Shown here: piece after piece, positions 23,911-34,281 of the stretch
How the letters are laid out: each line of letters opens with the position of its first letter
How positions within the stretch are numbered: position 1 is the stretch's first letter
Source: a virus
Taxonomy: Duplodnaviria; Caudoviricetes
DNA: 58,767 nucleotides
Virus record (IMG/VR): IMGVR_UViG_3300036770_002992
Location: 1 to 58,767 of that record
Reading direction: 5' to 3' (one strand)
Position numbers and translations under genes: made by a program
The notes under the pieces: model-generated
The model's input: the letters and a program-made list of their open reading frames with translations, nothing else
Database searches by the model: none
What the model was told of the DNA's origin: nothing

Positions 23911-24469
23911 GTGTCACCAAATTCTTATGAGCATAATATGCAAGCCCAAAGGCATCGCCAACATCGTGATCATCTAGACTTATGTAAAACATGTTGTTAA
24001 AATAATCTAAAGTTTTTTGTTTACGCACATTTCTTGCATAATTTCTGTACCAATTATCTGATTTGCCTGGATTGTCTAATTTGATCTGTTCTTTCTGAGC
24101 CTTTGTTAAATTATTATTTTTTATGTAAGATTGCCATTGTATCGGCGGGACAGTAATTATTCTCTTAGAGTCCAATGCTAATTCAGATATGAGGACGCCA
24201 ACGATCATAGCCATGTGAATAGCGACTGCTTGAGATTTTACCATGATGGCAGACTCTATACAAATATAATCTGGCTTAATCTCTTCTTTTATGAATGGCA
24301 TTTTATCTCTACAGTCTATTACTTTGTCATAGATATTATTGCCATGAAAATCTATTTTTCCCCATTTGATTGGCTCGCCATCAAACAGGCAGAAGGCGAA
24401 TGAATTAGTTGATGAATCCACGCCAAGGACTGTACTAGCGTTTTGCTTTATTAGTTTTTTTAGCGACAT
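23903..24469 (-). CDS. ruvC: RuvC-like Holliday junction resolvase
   Basis: VLGVDSS, ICIES, DHDVGDA acidic residues. Confidence 0.75.
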   Translation of the reverse strand: MSLKKLIKQNASTVLGVDSSTNSFAFCLFDGEPIKWGKIDFHGNNIYDKVIDCRDKMPFIKEEIKPDYICIESAIMVKSQAVAIHMAMIVGVLISELALDSKRIITVPPIQWQSYIKNNNLTKAQKEQIKLDNPGKSDNWYRNYARNVRKQKTLDYFNNMFYISLDDHDVGDAFGLAYYAHKNLVTHG

Positions 24470-24731
24470 TATTTATCACCTCTAATATATTCCCGCGACT
24501 ATTTTTAGCATCTTCTTCTACACAGACAAAACATTTATTATTCTCATTGTATCTACTCAACAATTGACCGCACCCGCAATATCTTTTTTCTCCTCCAAGC
24601 CGTCTTTTATTTTCATAATATTTACTCATTATCTTTTTATTTGTTGCCAGCCTACAGCAAGCGGGATTACAGTATTTTTGGTTTTTTTTATTGGACTCAA
24701 ATGGGGTGCCGCAGTTAGCGCAATTCTTCAC
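24435..24731 (-). CDS. Zn-finger hypothetical protein
   Basis: CxxC...KYC...C and C.C..LLSRYN...CxxC. Confidence 0.7.
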   Translation of the reverse strand: MKNCANCGTPFESNKKNQKYCNPACCRLATNKKIMSKYYENKRRLGGEKRYCGCGQLLSRYNENNKCFVCVEEDAKNSRGNILEVINNVAKKTNKAKR

Positions 24732-25504
24732 TCTATGCCAACCTTAAGATTTGCAATCTTAACTTCGCCTGCATCTTTTTCTAGGCAAGTTTCCGATACT
24801 GGGCAGCCCTTGCAGGTCCAGGTAGATTTTGTAAAACCTCTTTTTGGAAGAACATCATCCTTATATAAACCGTATACCTCTCTCATCCAGTCGAATACAT
24901 ACCCGATATATTCTTTGTTTTTTTCATTCATTTGAATAGGGATTGCAAGAAGTTCATTGTCGTTTTTATTTTCATATAAAATAAATCCTTCATCCGCCCC
25001 TTCGATCTCCATGTAAATTAATAGTTGAAGAAAATGACTTGAAGAAGGTATTCCCTCGCTTTTTCTTTGAATGAAATATTGGTCTTTGATTGTTTTAATT
25101 TCACCGATGACTTCTTCATTATCTATCTCCAAAACTACGTCAGCGAATCCTCTTACTGGGGGATCATCACTTTTTATTTCTCTCTCACGTTCTTTCAAAA
25201 GACCTGTGGTTTGTATAAGTTTTTCTATTCTTTCGTGGGCGTCCGTACCCGACCGCATAGATGCAATATTGGCAGCAGGAATGTTATCTGTAAACTCTGC
25301 CCCATTAAATGCTAGATACCAATATCTTGCACAAGTCCCGTGACCATAGCCAATAGTACTAGGAGCAAAAGTTTTCTTTTGCTTAAACTCTTTTACTGTA
25401 TTAGTATTTTGATAAGCAGAATTAAGCATTTTAATAAATTTTTTAGAATCCAGCCTAGTATTTTTAGGCTGGCTGAGTAAGGATGATATAAGATTTTTAG
25501 CCAT
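24728..25504 (-). CDS. Cas4/RecB-like PD-(D/E)XK exonuclease
   Basis: C.RYWY, GT..H, GFAD, EIKT, QLLIYM and C-terminal CKGCP....C. Confidence 0.85.
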   Translation of the reverse strand: MAKNLISSLLSQPKNTRLDSKKFIKMLNSAYQNTNTVKEFKQKKTFAPSTIGYGHGTCARYWYLAFNGAEFTDNIPAANIASMRSGTDAHERIEKLIQTTGLLKEREREIKSDDPPVRGFADVVLEIDNEEVIGEIKTIKDQYFIQRKSEGIPSSSHFLQLLIYMEIEGADEGFILYENKNDNELLAIPIQMNEKNKEYIGYVFDWMREVYGLYKDDVLPKRGFTKSTWTCKGCPVSETCLEKDAGEVKIANLKVGIE

Positions 25505-25506
25505 AA

Positions 25507-25839
25507 TTAACCTAGATTATACCTAACTGTATACTTCAATGAGTCTACCAGTTTATCTAGGGCCTCCTTACTTGAGTAGTATATATTCTTTTTAATATTA
25601 TTTGGAGAGCCCGTTGGCCCCTTTGCTGCCGTTGAATACCACGCCGCAAGAATTCCAAACTTAGCAGATAAAGCCTGCAACTTTGCAATAAGAGTAAGGG
25701 CCTGAACTGGAGGAATATCTGGCTTTGATATAATCTTTACGATAGCAGCCATTGCTTCATCAAGGCCGTCATCTCTGACAAAATCATGAATGTCAGCGAA
25801 CTCCGACACCTGATTGATCAAATCAATTGTGTTCTCCAT
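25507..25839 (-). CDS. Hypothetical helical protein
   Basis: 110-aa ORF in the recombination module. Confidence 0.7.
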   Translation of the reverse strand: MENTIDLINQVSEFADIHDFVRDDGLDEAMAAIVKIISKPDIPPVQALTLIAKLQALSAKFGILAAWYSTAAKGPTGSPNNIKKNIYYSSKEALDKLVDSLKYTVRYNLG

Positions 25840-26131
25840 CTAACTCCTCCAATAACTCTTCTAGCACTTCCCACTCAATAACGGCGAGGCGTGTCTTTCT
25901 GCCACCACTTCCAAGAACAGCCATAAGGAGTGGATTCTTTTTATTATCAGTTCTTAGGCAATCTGTAACTATTTTTGCCCACATGTTCTGGCTCATTGAC
26001 AAAGATTTTCCATACTCTTTTACGTCAATGACGAACCTGGGGATATTTCCATCTGCTTTCTGGTACTGACCACGACCACTATTTTTATGAGACTTAGCAC
26101 CCATACGTCTTAGTTCTGATCTCTCACTCAT
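25823..26131 (-). CDS. PD-(D/E)XK nuclease, Holliday-junction-resolvase-like
   Basis: E...GA..HKNSGRG..KADG...IDVKE. Confidence 0.65.
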   Translation of the reverse strand: MSERSELRRMGAKSHKNSGRGQYQKADGNIPRFVIDVKEYGKSLSMSQNMWAKIVTDCLRTDNKKNPLLMAVLGSGGRKTRLAVIEWEVLEELLEELDGEHN

Positions 26132-26321
26132 AAACTAATCTAGCGCTTCCGTCATGACCGTTTGGACAGGTCCAATAAACCTTTTTATTAGATGCATCAT
26201 ACATTCCCTTTGTCGATACCTCAAAACATCCCTGCTCTGAGCAGGAGAATGTTCCATCTATCTCTTTAAACTTTGTACTGGATTTACTGGGAGCCGAGAT
26301 AAAGGCTTTAGGGTCTATCAT
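26124..26321 (-). CDS. Small Zn-binding hypothetical protein
   Basis: C....C...W.C..GH pattern. Confidence 0.65.
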   Translation of the reverse strand: MIDPKAFISAPSKSSTKFKEIDGTFSCSEQGCFEVSTKGMYDASNKKVYWTCPNGHDGSARLVYE

Positions 26322-27325
26322 ATCTTTTCATACACCAACTTCGTTAATTCTTCTTGCATGTCAAGGTCTTCTCTGGCTCTCGCTACCACATTAGCGCGAC
26401 CCTGAATTCTTTCTCCTAATACAGTATACCAGGCACCCCCGCGCTCAATAATTCCAAGCATTTCAGCGGTGTCTACTAGGTCTGCTACATGATCCACGCC
26501 AACATGGTCTCCCTGGAAATAGAAATCATACGACCCTGTAATAAATTGAGGTCCAGTTTTATTATAATCAATTGTCCAATTAACAGGCCTTCCCACTTTT
26601 TGTTCGATAAGTTTGTCCCCCACCGCAATCTTATCCTTAATAGATGAAGCCTCCGCCTCGCTTGACCACAATTTTACAATAGTGCTAGAGAAGAACTTGA
26701 CAGCCATTCCACCCGTAGGAATATGACTAGCGTGCATTGATCCAAATTGATTGCGTTGCTGGGAGATAAGGATAAGCAGGGTCTTTTCATTAACATAATT
26801 CAGCATTTTTACTGCATGAGTCATATCCTTAGCCTCTGCGCCGATTTGTTTTGTATCCTGTAGTTGCTTAAGTTCTGATCCATCTTTTTCAAAATAAATC
26901 GCTGGAAGTAACGCGGAGATAGAGTCTACAACGAGTAAATCTACCCCCGACTGAATAAGTTGTGTCCCAACATCAACCATTTCATTGATTGTTTTTGCTG
27001 GGGAGTAGATCAGGGATCGTGAGTCTACCCCTAGTCTCTCTGCCCACTCTGGGGAATACGATTGCTCTGAATCTATCCAGGCACATAATTTTCCCTCTTT
27101 CTGAGCCTCTGCAATAATTTGCAGGCAGAATGATGACTTGCCAGCACTTTTATTCCCCCAAATAAGGACCTGTCTGCCATATGCTAGCCCACCCTTTAAG
27201 GCAACATTTAAAGACAAACTTGGTGTCTTTTGTTTATGTATCTCTACTTCAGCGGCGCTTCCGACCATCTTTCTTATTTTTGGGTCTAGCCGTGATAGCA
27301 CTTCCTCTATCATCATGTCGCTCAT
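26318..27325 (-). CDS. recA: RecA/UvsX-like recombinase
   Basis: Walker A GNKSAGKS, WIDSE, LVVDSISAL, ISQ.R, TGG.AVKFFSS, GAWY. Confidence 0.93.
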   Translation of the reverse strand: MSDMMIEEVLSRLDPKIRKMVGSAAEVEIHKQKTPSLSLNVALKGGLAYGRQVLIWGNKSAGKSSFCLQIIAEAQKEGKLCAWIDSEQSYSPEWAERLGVDSRSLIYSPAKTINEMVDVGTQLIQSGVDLLVVDSISALLPAIYFEKDGSELKQLQDTKQIGAEAKDMTHAVKMLNYVNEKTLLILISQQRNQFGSMHASHIPTGGMAVKFFSSTIVKLWSSEAEASSIKDKIAVGDKLIEQKVGRPVNWTIDYNKTGPQFITGSYDFYFQGDHVGVDHVADLVDTAEMLGIIERGGAWYTVLGERIQGRANVVARAREDLDMQEELTKLVYEKI

Positions 27326-27479
27326 TAAAATGACTCTCCAATATATATGCTAAATCTTTTATACGCTCGTTCCTTGAGCGTTGCAAGGTATCTATGATGC
27401 TTTGCATAAGTTCTTCATTGTAGCCACGAATGACCATAAGTTTTTCTCCATCTGAACCATGAAGAAAGTAAGCCTTCAT
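27249..27479 (-). CDS. Hypothetical protein
   Basis: ORF filling the gap between MazG-like gene and recA. Confidence 0.55.
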   Translation of the reverse strand: MKAYFLHGSDGEKLMVIRGYNEELMQSIIDTLQRSRNERIKDLAYILESHFNERHDDRGSAITARPKNKKDGRKRR

Positions 27480-27483
27480 TATA

Positions 27484-27822
27484 TCATCCACGAACGCCGT
27501 GCAGCCTTGGTCGATCTTGATTTTTTAATGACTTTTTCATGAGAACAGAGTCTAGAGAAGGAAGGTCCCCGGAATAAACTTTGATACCTTTGTATAGGTC
27601 AAGGGCGCGAATAATTAAATCAGCAATTTCTTCTACTACTGCTTCATCGCCTTTGTCTTTTCTTAAAGCCTCAAGAATTTCTGTGGCTTCTGAATGGATC
27701 ATGGCAATCTGTTTTGAATAAAAGATAAAGAAGTCCTGTTCTTGCATTCTAGACATCGGCTCCCAGAACCCCTTTTGCTGTGCGGTATTGTGCAGTCTAT
27801 CTGCTAATGTATCTAAATTCAT
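27484..27822 (-). CDS. MazG-like nucleotide pyrophosphohydrolase
   Basis: IHSEATEILEALRK...EEIADLIIR.LD...K...N..RP.LHG; ATGA overlap with dnaE. Confidence 0.85.
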   Translation of the reverse strand: MNLDTLADRLHNTAQQKGFWEPMSRMQEQDFFIFYSKQIAMIHSEATEILEALRKDKGDEAVVEEIADLIIRALDLYKGIKVYSGDLPSLDSVLMKKSLKNQDRPRLHGVRG

Positions 27823-30800
27823 CTGATAAAACCCTTTAATGTAGTAGCGCCAGCAGCAGTTTCCCCAAAAATTGGGCGGCAATTAGTTCCTGGCTTCATT
27901 CTTGCAATTGCCTCTGCATACATAGTTGGAAAGATTACTATGGAAATAAGATCTTTATCTTCATTTGCGAGAACAGCGTTAGCCATTTTATCGCCCTTCT
28001 TAGTTTTCCTGGCTTCCATGTCTACAACGAAATATTCGTCTGGTCCAAGAACCATAGTCTTTGCCTTTAGAAATTGTACAAAAGAATTGCTAGATGAGTC
28101 AAGAGAATCTGGGGTTAGATAGGATAGAATCCTATTATCAGATATCAAGAAGATATACATCTTTCCTGGCTCAATTACTGTGTCTGCATTATGAAATACT
28201 CCGACGCTACCAGTCTTATCTACAATCTCGATGCGACTCCATCCGTCACCGCGCTTAATAGATTTGACCATAGCCATTACGATGAATGCTCCACTCTCAT
28301 CATATTCTTCTAGAGGCCTAAAGTATGACTCTACCCAACGTGGGATATTAGTAACAAACTCTGGAACATTGAGATATTCATATAGATATTCTCTTTCATT
28401 TCCAGACCTAGGGTTGTCGTCAAATGCCGCCGCACCAATTCTATTTAACGCTTCTACTGCACGACTATTTACCCCAGACCCCTTCTTTGTAGTAAATTCT
28501 AGGAACTCTTGGTATGAATAAAAAGGTCTCTTGGCAATAATCTTCTTAGAGATTCCCTGTGAAAGATATTTAATATTACCCAGACCAAATCTAATAGCGT
28601 CGCCCTCAAGTGTGAAGTCTTCCCCAGACTCATTGATATGAGGCAGACGAATCTTAATGTTCATTCTCTTGGCCTCAATTAGGTAATCGGTTCTCTTGTC
28701 TTTGTCCAGTTCATTCTTAAGAAGGGAGAACATAAACTCAGTCGGATAGTATCTTTTTAGCCACGCTGTCCAATAAGATAACGTAGAATAGGCAACAGCA
28801 TGACTCTTATTAAAGGAGTATCCAGCATGGGCCTCAAACATGTGCCAGAGTTTTTCTGCTGCTTCCTTAGAAATGTGCCGTGAAGCGCCAGAAATAAATT
28901 TATCTTTGAACTGGTCGAATTCTTTTGCATCTTTCTTCTTTCCAATAATCTTACGGACCTTATCGGCCTCTGTCATTGTCATGCCGCCCAAATATACACA
29001 CGCCTGCATGACTTGCTCTTGGTAAAGAATACACCCGTAAGTATCTTCTGTAAACTCTTTAAGAATTGGGTGGATATAAGATACCGCCTGACGCCCCTTC
29101 TTTCTTTTAATATAATCTGCACCAATCGTATTCATAGCGCCAGGACGTACTAGCGCATTAGAAGCAGCAAGTTCGTTAAGATTGCTCACACCCATTTTAA
29201 TAAGAAGGTTGGTGTACGGCGTCGCTTCTGCCTGAAACACCCCCTTAGTGAATCCAGCGCTTAGGTCTGCATAAACCTCTGGATCATCCATCGGGATCTT
29301 CTTAAGATCGATATTCACGCCCTTGCGCTCTTTGATATTATTTATCGTATCTTTTACAACAGTAAGAGTCTTTAGGCCGAGGGCATCAATTTTAATTAGA
29401 CCAATCTCCGCCGCCTGATCCATATCTACAGCCACAACGGGTATTCTATTGTCACTCTGAGAATCTTTTCTCGTTTCAATCGGTGCGTATGAAGATATAT
29501 CTGTCTTAGATGTAACGATCCCAGCAGCGTGCAAACCAGTACCACGAATTCTGCCACGGAGTCTGTCTGCGTACTCTACTACCTCTGGATACCTGTCCCT
29601 GAAGTCTTTGGCCCCTGGCGTACGGATAAATTCTTCCCATGTCTCAATACCCTTCAATGCTTTGTTTACCTCTGACAGGGGGATGTTAAAGGCTCTTGCA
29701 ACGTCCCTGACAACCCCCTTGTCCCTAAAAGTATTGAATGTTGCGATAGATGCAACATGCTTATACTCTTCAATTAGATAGTCTTTTACCTCTCCGCGAC
29801 GGCGGTCCTCGTAGTCAGTATCAATGTCTGGGAAGTCATTTCTATCTGGATTAATAAATCTGAAGAACAAAAGATTATGCTCTAGTGGGTCTACCTCAGT
29901 AATGCCTAGTGCATAACAAATAAGACTTCCTGCCGCCGATCCTCTTCCTGGTCCGACCAAAATTCCCTGACTCTTAGCCCAATTAATCATATTAGCGACT
30001 ACCAGGAAGTATGATGCAAAATTCTTAGTCTTAATAATATCCAACTCTTCTTTGGCACGCTCAAGATACTCTGGCTCAATAAGTTCTCTCTGCCTCAGAC
30101 CATCCATTACACGCTGCTTAAGTTCTGCGTCGGGATCTTTATGGCTTACAGGAAGTAGATCGACCCCAAATTTAATGTCATATTGTCCGATTTTTTCGCT
30201 AATCTCTACACTATTTTCATAGATATCTTCCCTATCAATTCCCTGAGCGAGCATTCTAGTCTTTACATCTTGGTATCCCATAAGCCAGATATCTAGATCC
30301 TTGAATGACATTTGTCTCTCACCATAAAGATAATCTAATCTTTCAATAAGATCTTTGATCTTTCGACTCTTATTGAAATCTGCGTCCCTGGCTATCTTGG
30401 GGTGTGTGCCTAGGATAAGCATGATTTCTTCTGCAATCCTATCTTCTGGAGAAGCAAAGTGGCAGTCCAATGTAACAACGGATTTAATGCTTAACTTGTC
30501 TGCAAGGTTAAGTAGTGAATGGTTTAGGTTGGCAGGATTGTGCGGCTGAATTTCCATATAGAAGTCATCCCCAAACGCATCCTTAAACCATTTAGCATAC
30601 TGCATGGCTGCCGCTTCATTATCATTTTCAATTGCCTTAGAAATCATTCCATTCATGCACCCAGAAAGGATAACTAGATCGGAGCCAAACTTCTCTAGCA
30701 TATCAAAGTCGGTGCGAGGCTTAATAAAAAACCCTTCCTCCCAGGCGTTTTCTGACAGTCTATTAATATTATTAAGGCCATTGTCATTCTTCGCCAAGAT

Positions 30801-31076
30801 AATAAGATGGTTATAGATCTGGTCATCTGGAGTTCTTTCTTTGCGTGATCGCTTATCAAGCCTATCGCTAGTGAAATACGCCTCTAGTCCAAGAATTGGC
30901 TTTACCCCGTGGTCATTACCAGCCTTAACCATTTCACGGTGGCTGCTTAAGGTACCGTGGTCCGTAATGCTAAGAGCCGACATACCAACCTCTGCCGCCC
31001 TCTTGACCAATTCTTCTGGTGATGAGTAGCCGTCTAGAAGTGAATAAAACGAATGTGAATGATGATTATGAAACAT
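27819..31076 (-). CDS. dnaE: DNA polymerase III alpha subunit (family C)
   Basis: PHP HSHS.YSLLDG, TDHG; GPGRGSAAGS; FPDIDTD; HAAG; KIDALGL; YSFNKSHA; no intein. Confidence 0.97.
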   Translation of the reverse strand: MFHNHHSHSFYSLLDGYSSPEELVKRAAEVGMSALSITDHGTLSSHREMVKAGNDHGVKPILGLEAYFTSDRLDKRSRKERTPDDQIYNHLIILAKNDNGLNNINRLSENAWEEGFFIKPRTDFDMLEKFGSDLVILSGCMNGMISKAIENDNEAAAMQYAKWFKDAFGDDFYMEIQPHNPANLNHSLLNLADKLSIKSVVTLDCHFASPEDRIAEEIMLILGTHPKIARDADFNKSRKIKDLIERLDYLYGERQMSFKDLDIWLMGYQDVKTRMLAQGIDREDIYENSVEISEKIGQYDIKFGVDLLPVSHKDPDAELKQRVMDGLRQRELIEPEYLERAKEELDIIKTKNFASYFLVVANMINWAKSQGILVGPGRGSAAGSLICYALGITEVDPLEHNLLFFRFINPDRNDFPDIDTDYEDRRRGEVKDYLIEEYKHVASIATFNTFRDKGVVRDVARAFNIPLSEVNKALKGIETWEEFIRTPGAKDFRDRYPEVVEYADRLRGRIRGTGLHAAGIVTSKTDISSYAPIETRKDSQSDNRIPVVAVDMDQAAEIGLIKIDALGLKTLTVVKDTINNIKERKGVNIDLKKIPMDDPEVYADLSAGFTKGVFQAEATPYTNLLIKMGVSNLNELAASNALVRPGAMNTIGADYIKRKKGRQAVSYIHPILKEFTEDTYGCILYQEQVMQACVYLGGMTMTEADKVRKIIGKKKDAKEFDQFKDKFISGASRHISKEAAEKLWHMFEAHAGYSFNKSHAVAYSTLSYWTAWLKRYYPTEFMFSLLKNELDKDKRTDYLIEAKRMNIKIRLPHINESGEDFTLEGDAIRFGLGNIKYLSQGISKKIIAKRPFYSYQEFLEFTTKKGSGVNSRAVEALNRIGAAAFDDNPRSGNEREYLYEYLNVPEFVTNIPRWVESYFRPLEEYDESGAFIVMAMVKSIKRGDGWSRIEIVDKTGSVGVFHNADTVIEPGKMYIFLISDNRILSYLTPDSLDSSSNSFVQFLKAKTMVLGPDEYFVVDMEARKTKKGDKMANAVLANEDKDLISIVIFPTMYAEAIARMKPGTNCRPIFGETAAGATTLKGFIR

Positions 31077-31091
31077 TAGTCTCCAATAAAT

Positions 31092-31126
31092 GAGTAAGCA
31101 GTAGGAGTATATCCTACTGCCGACTC
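31092..31126 (-). terminator. Hairpin between SSB and dnaE
   Basis: GAGT..GCAGTAGGA-GTATA-TCCTACTGC..ACTC. Confidence 0.6.
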
Positions 31127-31141
31127 AACGATCAAGGTTAT

Positions 31142-31795
31142 TTACCAATCAACTGATGTGCTTGAACTAGTGTCTACATCTAGCCCCATGTAAAATGCTT
31201 CCTGGTCTGGGTAGGATACCTGGCGAACTGCCACCTTTTCTAGATCGAATGGGTCTACGCCTGTCCAGTCAAACTTCTCTGTGTCTGGTGCCAGCGGGAT
31301 GAGGGTATAACTTGTCTGAGTACCCGTCCCCGACCTCTTAAGACGCCATTGAAGGTTGCTGATTGACTGAGTATCACCAGCATATTCGATGAGAATATTG
31401 GTGGCGGGAGACTTCTGCCCTACGCCCTGCGACCATACAGCAACGTACTGCTCTGTGCCATCGTCAACAAGGACGTTTGTGTAGAAGCGCAGCCGTGCCT
31501 TCCAGCCAGCCTTTGGGTCCTTACGATGCATCTCGCATCCAAAGCAACGGCCCTCATCATCTAAACTGCATAGACCCTTACGACGGTAATCCTTTGGATT
31601 AGTATGCTCTGCTACAACAATAGCAAGCCCACGGTTCTTATCATAATTTGGTGAATCGGGATCTAGTTCATTAACAAAACGAATCTTAACGCTCTGGCCG
31701 TCTTCCAACTTAAGCCAGCGTGCGCGTGCGCCTTCTTCTACCTGGGGGCGCTCCATCTTACTCTTGATATTCTTTAAACCTGTAATAACTGACAT
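31142..31795 (-). CDS. Single-stranded DNA-binding protein (gp32-like)
   Basis: WLKL.DGQSVKIRF, Zn-like C...C..C, R.GTG..T.Y.L.P, acidic tail ending in DW; location in the replisome module. Confidence 0.75.
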   Translation of the reverse strand: MSVITGLKNIKSKMERPQVEEGARARWLKLEDGQSVKIRFVNELDPDSPNYDKNRGLAIVVAEHTNPKDYRRKGLCSLDDEGRCFGCEMHRKDPKAGWKARLRFYTNVLVDDGTEQYVAVWSQGVGQKSPATNILIEYAGDTQSISNLQWRLKRSGTGTQTSYTLIPLAPDTEKFDWTGVDPFDLEKVAVRQVSYPDQEAFYMGLDVDTSSSTSVDW

Positions 31796-31844
31796 ATTAT
31801 TTCTCCTAAAAGTATTTGACCCTATAAATGGGCCGATTCATATA

Positions 31845-32795
31845 TTATACCGCTAAAACTAAAGTATTTCCAGAATATTTATTAAATAAATCTTTCATTT
31901 CCTGGTCAGATAGATCTCCAACATCCTTTGCCCCTGTAAGAGATACTACCTCTATGATCTTATTCTTCACGCCGCCAACTATTCTATCTACCATTTTCTT
32001 GCCAGCATCATCGGCGTCGGGGCAAACAATAATACTCTTTGCGTACTGCTGTAGTAAATGAATTTGAGTCCTACTTACGGTCGCACCAAGAGTTGCTACA
32101 GCGCTAAATCCAGCCTGGTTTAATCTAATAACATCGAATGATGATTCGACCACAATAATAGATGATCTCTTCACTTTATTTAGATTGAATAAAACCTTGC
32201 TTTTAGGAAGTCCAACACTATTCTTAAAGGACTTTCCCTCTATCGATCTAGCAACGAAACCAAGGCACCTGCTGAATTCATCGAATACGGGGACAACAAC
32301 CATTTCCTGTTTATCTGAATAACCTAGTTTAAAATTAATGAATGACTCGTCAAGGATGTTCCTTGAATAAAAATACTCTTTAGCCTTCTGACTATTTATC
32401 AGGTTATTGTGCAATCTTTCAATAGTTTCTATGTCAAACTCTGGATGATCTAGCGATGTATCTATCGCTTCTTCCACCACACGCTCAATGTCTACTGAGT
32501 CCCGTCTGGAATGTATAAGTCGGCTAGCCTCAAAGTAGTTTCTGCTTGTTGTTTTCATCACCATGTCTATAATAGACCCTGACTCCCCACATGAAAAACA
32601 AATAAACATTCCATTATTCTTATCTATTTCACAAGCGGGGGTATGAATATTATAGTGAAACGGGCAGAACAAAAGAAAGTGTGTATCGATTTCTCCACCG
32701 ATCTTTACGTCACAGGACTGAAGAATCGATGCTATTTGTCCTGATGTGTAGTATTCATCGGGATGAGATTGTTTCCGCTTACCGCTAGATAGCAT
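31845..32795 (-). CDS. dnaG: DNA primase (CHC2 Zn finger plus Toprim)
   Basis: CPFH...CFSC; VVES.FD; DAD.AG; KDVGD. Confidence 0.9.
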   Translation of the reverse strand: MLSSGKRKQSHPDEYYTSGQIASILQSCDVKIGGEIDTHFLLFCPFHYNIHTPACEIDKNNGMFICFSCGESGSIIDMVMKTTSRNYFEASRLIHSRRDSVDIERVVEEAIDTSLDHPEFDIETIERLHNNLINSQKAKEYFYSRNILDESFINFKLGYSDKQEMVVVPVFDEFSRCLGFVARSIEGKSFKNSVGLPKSKVLFNLNKVKRSSIIVVESSFDVIRLNQAGFSAVATLGATVSRTQIHLLQQYAKSIIVCPDADDAGKKMVDRIVGGVKNKIIEVVSLTGAKDVGDLSDQEMKDLFNKYSGNTLVLAV

Positions 32796-33034
32796 TGTGC
32801 TTTAGCCCTTCCAACATATACTCCATAAATTGTCAACAAGAACGTGTACTTGTCCTCTTTATATTTTAGGCTAAACGCTGGGTCTACGTCAAGGTGTGGG
32901 ACATAACCATTTGATCTCATCATATCTATAAGAATAGTTTCATATCTTTGCCTAATCTTAGGAATGGCTGCATCATCTTCAATGAGACCATCTATATGAA
33001 ATTCTTTTATTCTTTTGTGCCCTACAAATGACAT
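32732..33034 (-). CDS. Hypothetical protein (probably leaderless)
   Basis: GGTATAAT lies 6 nt upstream of the ATG; no SD. Confidence 0.7.
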   Translation of the reverse strand: MSFVGHKRIKEFHIDGLIEDDAAIPKIRQRYETILIDMMRSNGYVPHLDVDPAFSLKYKEDKYTFLLTIYGVYVGRAKAQCYLAVSGNNLIPMNTTHQDK

Positions 33035-33057
33035 AAATATATTATACCGTTTGTTGA

Positions 33058-34281
33058 CTATTCAATTGGATCTAATATTTCCTTAAATGTTCCTTTATCA
33101 AAGTCAACCTCCAAGTAGAAGTCTCCCATAAATCCATGCCTATTCTTACGAAAGGCTGTTTCTAGAATATCTGAATTAGCCTTCCTCCCCATAGCCAAAA
33201 CCCAATCTGCATCATATGCAATTTGTCGTGACCAGGCAACCTGCCCAAGTTGTGGGACAGATTCTAGATCTGTAGAATCATCTGGTGTGGCAGACGCAAT
33301 TGCAAGAATTGGTAATTGCTGAGAGATAGCGAGAAGTTTAAGTTCTCTGGATAGGTTCTTGATCTTCACCGTTTCATTGTTAGACGTTCCAGAATTATCG
33401 GTCATCAACTGCAGATAATCTACAATAACAATATCTGGCTGGTATTGATCAATCTTCGATGCAATAAGATTCGGAGTCATTTCCGCCCCTGTATCATTAG
33501 ACACGATCTTAAAGGGTGGCTTATTTCCTAAGGCTTTTTCCGCCCACAATTTAAACTCATTATCGCTTACTCGCCCTGCGCTAAGAGCGCGGTGGCTAAA
33601 AAATCCATCACCGATAATAGTAAAAATTCTATTACGAACCTCATATTCAGTCATCTCAAGACTGATAACCATAGGCTTGTATCCATGCTTCCAGGCTTGG
33701 ACTGCAAAGTAAAGCGCTAGCCAACTCTTACCGATAGCGGGATAAGCAAGAAGAATCCCTAATTGCCCCTTGGCAATGCCCATGGGAAGGCACACATCAA
33801 ACGATGCAATATCGGTTTTAATACCGACCTCACCATTCTCCGCAGACTTTCTCGTCTTCTCAAAATACGCCAAAGCATTTTCTACGTCTGTTACGTCGAT
33901 ATCCCTAACCTTTGCCCCAATGCGAGCCATCTTTGCGACATCTTTAGATAATTCTTGCAAAGCCTTTGTTGTCTCTTTTTCATTCACCATCTGGGCGGTC
34001 TTACGCAAAGATAGCCTAATGGATTCATCAAGGTACGCCTGACGCAATTTATCCATATGATAAACGGTCGGCCCAGATTCTACTGGGTCAAAGTCGCGGA
34101 AGCGGGTAGCAATAAGATCGCCATCGGGAATCTCTCTGGTCTGATCGTAATAATCCTTAATAAATAGCCAAATATCTGAACAATCCTTAATAAGTTCATC
34201 GGCATTATTGTCGAATAGGACATGAATATCCTTGTTTTTACATACCGATGAGATTACCTCTACTTCTTCAAGATATGCCAT
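33058..34281 (-). CDS. dnaB: DnaB-like replicative helicase
   Basis: AYPAIGKS, SLEM, IVDYLQLM, SRELKLLA, IAYDAD, KNRHG. Confidence 0.93.
   Translation of the reverse strand: MAYLEEVEVISSVCKNKDIHVLFDNNADELIKDCSDIWLFIKDYYDQTREIPDGDLIATRFRDFDPVESGPTVYHMDKLRQAYLDESIRLSLRKTAQMVNEKETTKALQELSKDVAKMARIGAKVRDIDVTDVENALAYFEKTRKSAENGEVGIKTDIASFDVCLPMGIAKGQLGILLAYPAIGKSWLALYFAVQAWKHGYKPMVISLEMTEYEVRNRIFTIIGDGFFSHRALSAGRVSDNEFKLWAEKALGNKPPFKIVSNDTGAEMTPNLIASKIDQYQPDIVIVDYLQLMTDNSGTSNNETVKIKNLSRELKLLAISQQLPILAIASATPDDSTDLESVPQLGQVAWSRQIAYDADWVLAMGRKANSDILETAFRKNRHGFMGDFYLEVDFDKGTFKEILDPIE

Noticed and set aside
24728-25504. Cas4-like nuclease as evidence of a CRISPR-Cas system
   Set aside because: No cas1/cas2 or repeat-spacer array is present; it sits in a RecA/RuvC recombination module, as is usual for stand-alone phage Cas4-like exonucleases.
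7046-34281. Cellular chromosome or prophage origin suggested by dnaE, recA, dnaB, whiB and rmlB
   Set aside because: These genes are interleaved with terminase and tail genes in one compact phage-style arrangement; no ribosomal or housekeeping operons, integrase or att site are visible.
20631-34281. Inteins or introns in TerL, RecA, DnaE or DnaB
   Set aside because: Proteins are of normal length with contiguous motifs; no intein splice motifs or ORF interruptions were seen.
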